A stretch of DNA of 64,000 nt. Origin: Diadema antillarum (Eukaryota). Of the stretch, positions 39,501 through 64,000 are shown piece after piece. Numbering within the stretch: position 1 is the stretch's first letter; the number at the start of each line of letters is the position of its first letter. Position numbers and translations under genes: made by a program. The DNA lies in assembly GCF_040938485.1 (NCBI RefSeq), contig NW_027272164.1:372001-436000 (forward strand). The letters run 5' to 3'. A model generated the notes under the pieces. The model worked only from the letters and a program-made list of their open reading frames with translations, did not search any database and had not been told where the DNA came from.

Positions 39501-40790
39501 TGTATGGTAATGAAAACGATATGGATGGAAAATCATAAAACGTGATATTGATGCTTCCATTACAGTTCACATGGATTGGAATGCTGAAAAGCATGAATGA
39601 ACAAAACTTAAGCATCAGTTGTGAAGTATGTTACAACAATATGCAGTTTGTAGGTATGTTACATGGCCATTGTGTAAGTCATGGTTTGTTCTTTGTTGTT
39701 GTTGTTCTTTTCAGGGTTAAGCCACCCTCAATTAAAGTCTGCCACTATACTGAACAAATGATGGAGTCCAGTGTCATTTGTCTCAAACCTGCTGTGTTAC
39801 ATTTGCATTAAAGATAAGAACGTTACGAAAATCCAAAGTTTCACATATTTTCACTGAAGAGTTGTTAGAGACAATTAAAGTCTGCATTGACAACTATATC
39901 ACGTGATGACGTCATCACCACCTATGTCCTATGAATTATTGTTTGCCCTCTGGTTTCCACAGACCGTAGAAATAATAATTACAGTATATGCCTCTGTGAT
40001 TGAGTAACGACGACCCTCTCCTCTCAAAAGTCACAATTGATAATTCATCGCAACTCCACAATCTTTTGATATGATAAATTAATTGCTTTTGATCCATTTT
40101 AACTGCAACAGCAACGACAATAGGAACTTCGGTAGAGATTTTGTATCCAGGCCTCTGGGAAGCTTATACACTATTACGATCACCTATGCTTATATCTAAT
40201 TTGATCATGGTTTATACCACTCTTTCATGTGAAGGTTGACTTTCATTATCGATTTTCATTATTTTTCATGAATATTCTCCCAACCTGTGTTCTTGTTTCA
40301 AAAGTAAATGCCCCCTGATGTCCAATTCCTCACGTTGTCCATGGTGATTTTACTTATGATTTATTTGCTCGAAATATGTATCAGAATCTTGATCATTTGA
40401 TTATGCAATACTTTAGCAAGGCCGGGGTCATGCAACACAATTTAATATCTTTTCCTGACGCATGCCATCAGCAATGACTGTCATCATGATTATATGTATA
40501 CTCTCTGAAATGTAACTAGTTCTGTTACGCCTATACTACTGCAAATTAGTCAAAGCAAGGTGCATACCCGTTGGAATTTTGATGCTTATTTCAGATGAAT
40601 TTCCTCTTGATGACTTGTACAATGACTGATGACAGTTAGGAGAGTTTATAAACAGGGATGGGGTTTTAATAGTGAGACCAGAACAAAAAACAAAAGCAAA
40701 ATGATAACGTAACCGGAGCTTATATAATTATTTGGATCGAACAGGTCAAAAAAAAAATGAGATTTGTTGGCCTGTACTCTTCCTCAAGTC

Positions 40791-41334
40791 AGGCTGCGTT
40801 CACATAGAAGTATACTATTCGGGTATTCGGGACTCGTTTTCTAGGGCACGCGAATAGCTTGAATCATGTTGAATCGAACGATAGGATTTCCTAAGGTTTC
40901 GTTCACATGAAGTATTCGGTATTCGCTATTCGCTATTCGCTATTCGCTATTCGGGCACCGAATACACCATCACCCGCACCGTCAACTCACCATCCCATGC
41001 AGTGAGGATTTCTTCCTCTTACATCCCAGCAAATCTTATTAACAATTTTTAAACTGCATCAGAATGTCAGTCTACATGCTTATTTTTGCTAAAGGGCAAA
41101 TCCAGACCAAAATTGTCATTATTTCATAAACGAGAGACGGTATACGCTGCAAAAAAATCGAACAAGCTCGATTCCCACTTTGCTATACTTTTCGCAGCTA
41201 TTCGGTACTTTCGAATCGTGCCCTCCTATGTGAACCGGTGTGAGGAAATCCTATCGTTCGATTCAAGCTATTCTCGTGCCCTCGAAAAATGAGCCCGAAT
41301 ACCCGAATAGTATACTTCTATGTGAACGCAGCCT
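40791..41334. mobile_element. 544-bp MITE with long TIRs (Harbinger-like termini)
   Basis: First 41 nt are a perfect inverted repeat (AGGCTGCGTTCACATAGAAGTATACTATTCGGGTATTCGGG), extending imperfectly to about 100 nt. Flanked by an AAGTC direct repeat (40786-40790, 41335-41339). Internal (GCTATTC)n. Confidence 0.85.
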
Positions 41335-42139
41335 AAGTCAGTTTACAGTTCCACTTTGCGCATGAGCAGAAAAATGTCCTTTGTACAATCAGGTACGTTG
41401 GGGTTGTTTTTTTTTAATTCACTGAGATAAGCATCCCTGATGTAATGATTATTCTTGTAACCCTTATAAATGGTGCTTACGAGAACATCCACCTTACAGC
41501 AAGCCTGGTATTTAGCAATGTTGGTAAAAAAAGTTTGTTGCATTAAACACAAAATAATAAAATGAATGCCTGCCGAAGTGACAATTGACAGACCATATTC
41601 TTGTCACCTGCTCTGCGTAAATTCATTCTTTGTTTGAATGTGAATTCCATAAATTGTGAGCATGCTTATGCATCACGCTGCTTTATCAACGAGTGAAGTG
41701 CCTAACCAATTGAGAAAAAATAAAGATCTTTGTACCAATGTGCCCATGAGCTAACTGAACTGGCTTATTATAGACTGCTGCAGGAAAAGAAACATCCATG
41801 AAGTGTAATACATTACAGAAATTGTCTGTTCGCTAACAATTCATCGGAGAAATGTTCACATGCCAACAAATTCGAATTTACTTCGCAATTAAACCCGCCC
41901 GGTTTAAGAGAAAGATGCATAATATGCGATGTAAAATGAGCAATGATTAGCATTAACGTTGATTTCCCCCCATTATACTCTGTGTCAGTGCATTTATAGA
42001 TATGCCCAATACAAGCGTTTGAAGAAGCAAAGGTATTTCGTCAAGATAGAATAAACTGCAGACAGCAAAGTTGAAATATAGAAAAAAAAAATAAATTGTT
42101 GAAGTGGTGATTTTCATAATCAATCACCATAATCAATTG

Positions 42140-42473
42140 AGCGCTCTTGTCCGCGGAGACATTTAAGATCAAACATTTATGATATGCCCCACAAACCAGC
42201 GCGTTGCTGAAAGCTGTACAGGCACACCCTTGAAATGCAAGCACGCTCTTTGCATAATTATTCAGATTGGCGCTCTCCGGCATGTGCTTTGTTCGGGTTC
42301 TCCATCGACCAATAACATCAGTCGATATGCGCCTGACTTATAAAGACAGGTGATTTCCGTAGCAAACATCACATAGGATCTTTTCGGCCCTACCATCAAC
42401 GTAGGATAAGAAGAACACCCTTGACAAACTCACCTTTCGTTTCAGCAAATTTCGACACTTTCCCACAGCCAAA
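42140..42473 (+). promoter_or_regulatory. Promoter/5'UTR of gene 4
   Basis: ATTGG at 42266, CCAAT at 42309, TATAAA at 42339-42344. Alignable with the gene 5 promoter. Confidence 0.65.
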
Positions 42474-48953
<6,480 letters not shown>

Positions 48954-49077
48954 GGGACGACCGACTTTCCACAGCGCTGATTGTTGACGACCTAGGTGTC
49001 TTGAAATAATCATGATGGCACAAGCAGACGCAGACATGCTTCCAAAAACTCAAGTATATCGAAAGAACCGGAAAAAA

Positions 49078-49083
49078 AATAAA
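49078..49083 (+). terminator. Candidate polyadenylation signal, gene 4
   Basis: AATAAA about 125 nt after the stop. Confidence 0.45.
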
Positions 49084-50155
49084 TCCACTCAAGTGCTATA
49101 TATCAATAATTGTTCAAAAGTGTGTCGTTGTGTTAGTCACATTTTGTTTCCTTATATTTTATAAACAACTAAGACCGTCATTCTACAGAGAGTCATTGAG
49201 TTTGATTATGAAAAAGGGGTCTTGCGACGTGGAAGTGTGTCAAATTGTTTTTATTCTATTCTTTTCTCTTTCAGTATGGTTGTTTTCCAAGTTTTGAATG
49301 CCTGTCCTGGTTAGGATTAGTTCAAACGGATTTTAAACATCTACACATCCATCATTCACGTGCCTTTGCAAACACAAGGTGTGGGTTAATGTGTGTGTAC
49401 ATGAGTAAACGTATGTATGAGTTTGGGTTGCAATTGCGTGTATGCCTGATTGTATATTTGTGCGGTTTGTACTAGGTGTTACAAAAATATTTCCCACTTT
49501 CGATCCTTTATAGTTCAAAAACTATATATCAGATAACACTAACATTGATATGAACAATAAGCTGAATAGTGTACAATTTTGTTGGAGGTAATTTGAAAAT
49601 AAAAGAATGATTCAGTCTCGTAAAATTCAACAGTAATTTTTCAGTTAGGTTTCAGATTTTGCTCTATTTTCAACCAAATGCGGTGTATGCAAGCACATGG
49701 AAACATATTATGCTCATTTTTCTTATGTGCATGCTTTTCACCCTGTGTCATAAATTCAGACTAGCGGTGCTCGGGGTAATCCACATGAATCATTAATAAA
49801 GTATTCATGTGGCTTGCAGCAGAGCTCTGAACAGGTGGTATGAGAGCCATGTCCATTGTTCAGGGTCATTGTAAACACACACTCACATACATGTACACAT
49901 CATTGTTTCCTGTGTAAAGTTCCAGTTTTGTACAGAGGGTTAAAATTTGCTCAAAATCTGGAACCTAACATTGAAATAAATCATTGATTTCATGAAACTA
50001 ATATAGGTTTTCATATTCATATCACCTCCAACTAAATTGTACACCATTCAGCTGTAACTCATATCAATGACAGTTTTATCTGATATATAGTCTTTGAACT
50101 ATCAAGAATCAAAAGTTGGAAATGTTTTTGTAACACCTAGTATTTGTGATGTTAA

Positions 50156-50535
50156 AGGGATGTACAGTATTGGTAGAGATGAAAATTGGGCTTTTAACTT
50201 TTTGTGAGATACGAACAAAACACTTATGATATAGTACAGAGCATACCATTTTAAGAGGAATTCAAAGTTTATTTGATGAAAATCGGGTTTGTAATGACTG
50301 AAACATCCTAAAACAAAGTAAAACAAAGCGATCGTAATAAAGTGTGGGTCCCACACTTATTAGAATCGCTCTGTTTTGGATATCTCAGCCATTTCCAAAC
50401 CAATTTTCATCAAATAAATGTTGAATTCCCCATGGAATTACATGCTCTTTCATATTTCATAAGAGGTTTCTCATTATCTCACCAAAAAATGTTAGAAACC
50501 TGAAATTAGGTCTCAACCAAAACTATACGATCCCT
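50156..50535 (-). mobile_element. 380-bp TTAA-flanked MITE, copy B (inverted relative to 28174-28553)
   Basis: TTAA at 50152-50155 and 50536-50539. The reverse complement aligns end to end with copy A with scattered substitutions. Confidence 0.9.
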
Positions 50536-52574
50536 TTAAGACATAAGTACTTAGAAGGTCGGCGCCAAGTATACTCTTATCGCAAGAAGTTCGACAGATC
50601 AGCGCTCAATCTAAATAAAAGCACAATATCAAGATTTCAAACACTGACGGGAAAATTACCTGCACAGAAAAACTATGTACTGTAAAAAAACACAATTTCT
50701 ACATGTTTGTGACAAATCCGATTTCATTTAAACAAGTATAAACATTACAAAAAAGAGCGAAGATTCCAGGTGGCCAGTAAACAGAGCCAACTGGACGTCG
50801 ATACCAACGCTCAACAAGCTATATGAAACGTTAATGACGATTAATGCAAGCAATAATCATCATGATCTTGTATTGTAGATTGCTGGAACGGCGATTGAAT
50901 TTGCAGTTGCCCAAATACAATACGAAGATTCAAGTTTATTTCCCATTATCATAAAGAAAGAAAACAATTGTACAGTTGGAACATGCCTTCGTATAAAGAG
51001 ATCAAACAAATATATAACAATTACACACTTGTATGACTACATCTGAGAAAGGGGCAATAACAACGAAAAACGAATGAAACGGCACTGAGTTTGTGATAAG
51101 GGGGGGGGGGGACGTCAACGGGAAAGAGCATTGCGATGATAGAGTCTTGTGTAAACAATAAACCCATTTTCAATTACTAGTATACATACACAGGTTTGTT
51201 TTTAGCAGAGAAGAGCAACTAAAAATGAAGATATAGGGAAACTTAGGCGCAAGTTGAGGTGCTGTATAGCTACATTCAATTGAAATGATAGTTTTGTAAT
51301 AGATAATTGTATGCTTCATGCTATGCGAATATTACTAGTATTTGTTATTCAAAGCCATGTTTTAAAAGACCTTACCCAGACAATGTCGGGACAATGTTAG
51401 GAGAGCACTGCACGTTTCGAGTTTTGACATTTTCTTCTTATCATTGATGTTTTACAAAACGTGGTGTCAAGAATGTCCAAATATAGTGTAGTAGTTTAGT
51501 GTAGTAACTTTTGTAGATTAAAAGACTCGTAAATTTCTATCTAGGCCTACCTAAAGAAAATTATGAGGTCATTAGGCAGGAAAAAACTTCGTAACTTGAC
51601 ATACGTTGTTCGGTGACCATTCGGATTTTTTTTTTTTTTTTAGACAGAAGTACGTTAGTAAAGTAATGTAGTTTTGTCAGATTAGGCCCATTTAGCCTGT
51701 GCAGCAGGCAAAACTATGTAGGCTATAAATGTACATCTCAAATAAAGCGAGCTTGGGATAAGTCCATGTGCACATGTTCCCTCGCAATGTCTTTTGTTCG
51801 TCACATTAATACGACTGAAACATGCAAGTTATGCTGAGTCGAGGGGAAGGTGCATTCCAATGGCTTTTGTTAAACATTTCAACACTTTAGCAATGATTGA
51901 CAAATGATGTCATCTCAAGAATATGAATATCGATTGGTTTGAAAGGATTCTTTTTATGGGCGTTCCCAAGTAATCTGAAGAAAAATAGAAGAAAAAAATC
52001 ATTAAAAATATATGGAATGTTTCTAGATATTCGTTTCAACGCAAAAGTGATGTTGAGGGTATTATGAATCAACACAGATCAACATGCATTTGGATTTCAG
52101 GGCCCCTTTAACTACTGGATAAATCATTACAGGTTATGTAACATCACCGTTGGTAAACTCTGAATTGTTTCCTTATTTCCCCCTTGCATTCCTCACTGCA
52201 TGTCTGTCTGTGCTTTCAAATCATGAATTCACCTGTTTCGCGCCAAGTTGTTGCTTGTTTGTTTGTTTATTTGTTTTGCTTTGGTAGTCACAGCAACGAC
52301 TCGTGTATACACGCTTGATTCACAATACTCTATTCATTAGAAACTCGTGCACCCGACTAATTCGCTAAAATAGCACCCATCTATAAATTTGAATTTGCAT
52401 AATTATATAGGCAATCCCGCCTATAGTGGGAGGAGCCTCATGAGTTGGGCAAGGCCCAGGAAGATTGGCGGCCTTGCTTGCATATTCAAAGAAGAATTTG
52501 TAGAATGGAATGTATGTCGGCAATAAAGAATAAACAGCAACCATCGATACCAGCGGTATTTTTTAAAAAATCAA

Positions 52575-52898
52575 TCCGGCGCTCTTGACCGCGAAGCCAC
52601 CTGTACGAAATCAAACGCATGTACTGAGCAGCGAGCACGTTGTAGAAACCTATGGACACACCCTTTCCTGGCACGCACAACTCATTCTCATTCAGATTGG
52701 CGCGCTGGGGCATATGGCTTTCTTTGTAATGCGAGACGACAAGCTCAACGGATATAAGCCAGACGGTTTCTAGGTAGAAACCCACTGAGGTTCTTTTCGG
52801 CCCTACCATCGACATAGGAGCAGAAGAGCTCTCTCGTGGACTTTGCTGCCTTTCACTTCAACATATCTCGACGCTTTTCTACAGCATAAGCAACCAAA
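52575..52898 (+). promoter_or_regulatory. Promoter/5'UTR of gene 5
   Basis: TTCAGATTGGCGC at 52691 (identical in gene 4 at 42261), TATAA at 52753, and the shared motif CTTTTCGGCCCTACCATC at 52793. Confidence 0.65.
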
Positions 52899-58515
<5,617 letters not shown>

Positions 58516-58612
58516 ACGACAGCTGAATTCCACAGCCCTTCAAGTTCAACCAGAACTCATCACAAATATGATGACTACAAAACAGAGGCAGAAATCTTTC
58601 CATAAACTGAAA

Positions 58613-58675
58613 AATAAAAAATACGGAGGTGGTCGCGTACGTAAACAATGATTCTACGACCGAGAAGAAAATAAA
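58613..58675 (+). terminator. Candidate polyadenylation signals, gene 5
   Basis: AATAAA at 58613 and 58670. Confidence 0.45.
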
Positions 58676-58827
58676 GTTACGCAAGTGTAATCAATATTTG
58701 TTCCAACTTCCAATGTGTTTTCCTGTTTAGCAGCATTTAAAGTGGATTTGTCATTCGTATGAAATTGCAGGAAATGATAGTTTACGCGCATATCGTGCAT
58801 GACCGTACGTTTGTATGATAGTGTATG

Positions 58828-58866
58828 GGTGTGTGTGTGTGCGTGTGCGCGCGCGCGTGTGTGTGT
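58828..58866. repeat. (GT)n/(GC)n microsatellite
   Basis: Direct inspection. Confidence 0.8.
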
Positions 58867-61800
58867 TCATGTGTGTTTGCGGTGTTCATTTCTAATTAGA
58901 TTAGCCCTTAGAAAGGCATTAAAATCCATCGGTGCCAAGTAATCTTGCTCCGTTCAGATACTGCTGCTCAGCGGTCACATCTAAAAGCACTTTTCAGGAT
59001 TTCAAGAATTGACACAATAATTGCCTACATAGAAAGATTGTACATTTCAAATTTCTTTATGTCCATGACAAATTCAATTTCATTCAAACGTGTTCACAAC
59101 AAAGGAAAATGAAGCCGTGTGTGTGACTGTGTAGTAGTTTGGGGACATGATACCCCTTCTTGGATTTTAGCGCAATTCATTCCATTTGTAAAAGGTCACT
59201 AGTAAATCCAACGATGTTCGATGTTGCACTTTTGATGTGGCGATTCATTAGGACAAATTAGTTCGATATACTTTTCATTATACCAAAAAGCAATCTCAAC
59301 TCAACTGATGGTGTTACTGGTGACAAAACATTGACAATTCGGTAAAATCATACAGACAGTGAAACTGCTAATTGCTCAGAATACAACCAGCTAAAGGAGT
59401 TGTAAAAACACAATTGAGCACACACACACATATATGCATATACAAATATTACAACTAAAATGTCATTCCATACCATGTTAATGGTGGCTTTCAAAGTGTT
59501 AGATCATTTGAACAAATACTCAATTTTTCATGAAAGTAACCCTAAAACTATACAAGTTAGGAAATTCTCAAGTTTTGAATGAATTCTCGAACTAATGATA
59601 TAACTGTAGCAATGACGTATATGCAAATAAGATGAGGTCATGTTGCCGGTCCTGACTCGAGTATTTCGTCAAGTTTGACAGATAATTCATAAAATGTGCA
59701 ATTTTATATTAAAAAAAGTAAAAAGGGTTTTTTCTTACACGTATGGAAAACGATAAAAAGAAAACATGAAGTAAATTCATCACGTTTTTGCTTTCCCAGC
59801 ATGATAGGAGAGCACTTGACTTGCCTCTTTCAGGAACAGGGGGCATGTTACCCTCAACGTATGTCTCTAACAAGGAGCAGGAATGTGTAGATTTCCTTCC
59901 CCTCCCCCCTCCAAAAAAAAGAAGAAATTTTGTGGGATTTTCTGATTTCTTACATCGTATCGCGTACAAAACGCCAAAAATGTAGCTCAAGTTGGGCTGT
60001 GTTGGAATACATTTTTAAGATGGGGGGGGGGGGGGTGAGCAGTCAGAAACCTCAGTTGCGATCTTAACAAATTTAATTTGTAGAGGGAGACAACAAGTGA
60101 CGAAACTCGCATCGGAACCTTCACCCCTCTGAATAATATCTTTCTTTCGTTTAATCAGAAACTAGTTTGCATACTTTGGCCATTACTTGGTTATCATTGG
60201 TTACATAAGGCACAGAATCCTCGGGGAAAGCTTTTGGGTTTTCTGGAACAGCCTTTTCATATCAAAGTGTGCGTATGGAATTTGTACGCCTCATGAAACC
60301 GGTCCATTTTAAACGCAGAAACACTTATTATACCTTTAACGCATCAGGAAAAAGTTCTTTTCGAATATCTCGATGCAAATTTTGTTCATTATCGGTGCTA
60401 TGTGTCAGACAAGTCTGAATGAAATCACAGATACGCGCCTTTCAAATGTCTCTGAACTCCTAAGCAGTTCTATCGTAAGAAACACTGGACAAGCTGGGTC
60501 ACAATCCTGTGTATTATGCTCCTGAAGATCAACTTCAAAGTTTTTCATTCCCTACTTTGCTTCCGAGTGATACGTTGTCAACAATCAAACAGAAACAAAC
60601 AAAAGAGTATCGTTGCCAAGCGATCTTCCGGAAGTTTAAATCACTCCGTCCCCGTTCCAACCCAATCAATAGGCCTTTGTAGGAGCGACCAAGTTATTGG
60701 ACAAAAGGCCATATTAAAGGTTATGGACCTTAAAGTGTTAGGAGAAAATCTAAACACAAAACCTAAACACAAACCTGCATTCGTACAGGCTGGCCTATTT
60801 GGCAACTTCCATTGGCAGATCTCATCCATGCAGTGACGGACATGCATTGTTCCTACACAATAACAGTCAACACGCAAACTTGGAAAAAGTGCAATTTGTC
60901 ATTGTTGTCTTTAAAGTCCATGTGCTCAGTCATGCGTGGCAATTGTCAACATAATTAGGTATCAGTGGAAAGAAGAAGAGTTCCCCTTTCCTTACAAATA
61001 TCATTTTGCTCTTCATAACTGACAATTGAGAAATGACAGCCCTCCAAAGTTAGATTACCTTTTGTTTGATACGCTCTGTATATGCACGTTGGTTTGCTAA
61101 GTTACAGATTATGTAACACCTTGGCAGAAGTTCTATTGGGCCAAGTTTATCGCGTTTATATTCCTTGCAGGGCCTTTGCTTTCCAATGATCAAAAATCTG
61201 TACTATTTGTTCTTGTGTTTTTTGTTTGTTTGTTTGTTTGTTTGGTAGCTTAAGTATTTGTACTGAGTTCACAGTATTTGAATGACAGATGACGCACACA
61301 ACTATGGATACAAATCTCGGTCATCGGAGAAATATTCACCTACCTGTGCAGGTTTTAATTTACCCGGTACTGTGTGAGTATAAAAATCAGCTTTAATGTA
61401 AACTTTGGAAGGGTTGCGTGAGCAGTTACCATAAAGCGTAATCGGCAAAGGTTATGGCCTCTCCGGGTGTCATTTATCTAAAGAAGAATGCATGAAATGC
61501 AATGTCAAACGAGAAGTAAGTATCATCACTGCAAATTTCTTGTGTTTTGTGGAAAGAATGCCTCAAGGTTTATAGCTGGATTTGAGGGTATGTCTCATGA
61601 AACGTTGACAATTTCCAATGACCTATAGCTGTCATATTAAGAATATACGGGACTCCATAGCTGCTAAACAACGAACCTGAGAAATTTAGGCCTTCAGGCG
61701 TTTTCATCATTTTTTTTTGGTTGAAAAACAAAAACGTACTCAGATTGCAAGCAAAATGTTGAAACTGAAATACCTCTAGCATAGAAGTCGCTCAATATTG

Positions 61801-62339
61801 ATGGCTTCATACGATAAATCATGGCTTAAGATGCATAGGAGAAAATCTTCCCCATTTTAAAGACAAAAATACAAAAACCTTATGAAATAAATGGTATCTA
61901 AACATGGTCCACTTCAGTTATTCATTGGCACCGAGTCCTTCTCTGTGATAGTGCATCCCTATATAACTTACTCTTCTTCCAGCACAAGTGCCATTATTTT
62001 CTCTTTGTTTTGTTCTCTTTTGTTTGTTTGTTTGTGTTTTTTATTGGCGGGGGGTTCAGGAACGAATTCTTAAATGAGTCTTTGGAAAATTTGATAATTG
62101 ATATCGGTGTAATGATTTCTCTTTTGGGTAATTTGTGTCAATTTTAAGCTGCAATACAATGTCAGGTGTGAACCCTTCTCCAACGGCGCTCATATGTCAT
62201 CGAGGTCAATTTTGCAGCCCAAAAAAAGACAAAAAATGAACAACCCAAAGCATAAAGCAATTTACAGCGTCATGGGGGAGACATTGCCTTAATGATAAGA
62301 GAGGGGGAGAGCAATTTTTGGCCCTAGCTGCTTTTGTTC

Positions 62340-62835
62340 AATTTCTCGAAGTTACATCGACCAGATGATGTTCGTAAATAGTAAAGTTACCTCTTTTAAT
62401 GTATTCAAACGTAAACTTAAGGAGGATTTTATACAAAATTATCATTCCTAAGTTCTTGACATGCTTGGCTGGCATTACATGAATTCTATCTAATGATTGT
62501 AACTCACTTTGTTTGTCCTGTCTTCGTAATGTACATGTAGTGTTTTGTGTAACATGCTGTATTGCTTTTTGTTTTGTTCTTGCAACTGTATATTTGTTCA
62601 TCTCGGTTTTTTTTTTATAAATATGAAATAATTTTCCACCAATGCATTTTTTTAATTGATTATCTGAGTCGGCCAGATTTTAATGAAATTTTTAATTCCT
62701 CGTTGGCTGCTTCCCTTCGGCTTTATGTATTCCAAAGTTCTGTTTTTACTCTGTCTGTCATGATTGTTCATCGATGTCTTTAGCTGCTGTCTTTTATGCT
62801 GAACAAATAAACTTCAATTCAATTCAATTCAATTC
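62340..62835 (+). mobile_element. 5'-truncated LINE (L2/CR1-group) 3' end
   Basis: 62368-62451 encodes MFVNSKVTSFNVFKRKLKEDFIQNYHS*, matching the S(L/F)xxFKxxLKxxLxxxY pattern of CR1/L2-group ORF2 C-termini. Followed by a 3'UTR, AATAAA at 62806 and a (TTCAA)n tail. Confidence 0.6.
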
Positions 62836-62840
62836 TTTGA

Positions 62841-64000
<1,160 letters not shown>

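Noticed and set aside
61891-61899. ATG|GTATCT as a possible exon 1 for gene 6 (also ATG|GTGTTA near 59308 and ATG|GTGGCT near 59481)
   Set aside because: Weak donors, unlike the invariant ATG|GTAAGT of the five intact genes, and no TATA, CCAAT or leader motif nearby.

Overview
Eukaryotic, AT-rich, intron-containing genomic DNA. By inference it is from an echinoderm, probably a sea urchin, judged from the tubulin C-tails and repeat types. The window is a tandem, all-plus-strand array of six alpha-tubulin loci spaced roughly 10-17 kb apart. Five are intact genes, each predicting a 452-aa protein. Each has an ATG-only first coding exon, a 223-nt exon 2, the MREC N-terminus, K40 and a C-terminal Tyr. 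The sixth copy runs off the window end and looks like a young pseudogene: GT>GG donor loss, G144D in GGGTGSG, E22K, V66A, R105S and no recognisable ATG exon. Only gene 2 keeps the third intron, at the vertebrate TUBA1 position after codon 125, and it is the most divergent isotype. Exon, intron and promoter similarities among the paralogs disagree with each other, which points to patchwork gene conversion, possibly including intron loss by paralog conversion in gene 4. Genes 3, 4 and 5 share short conserved 5'UTR and 3'UTR motifs. Genes 1 and 3 carry RFX X-box-like promoter sites. Introns and spacers hold many non-autonomous DNA transposons: TTAA-flanked MITEs (one nested in another element), a 1.15-kb foldback, and a 2.9-kb composite element with a 5-bp TSD and an internal satellite with higher-order structure. 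LINE 3' ends, microsatellites and one 164-N assembly gap are also present. I found no rRNA, tRNA or CRISPR features. All alignments were done by eye.
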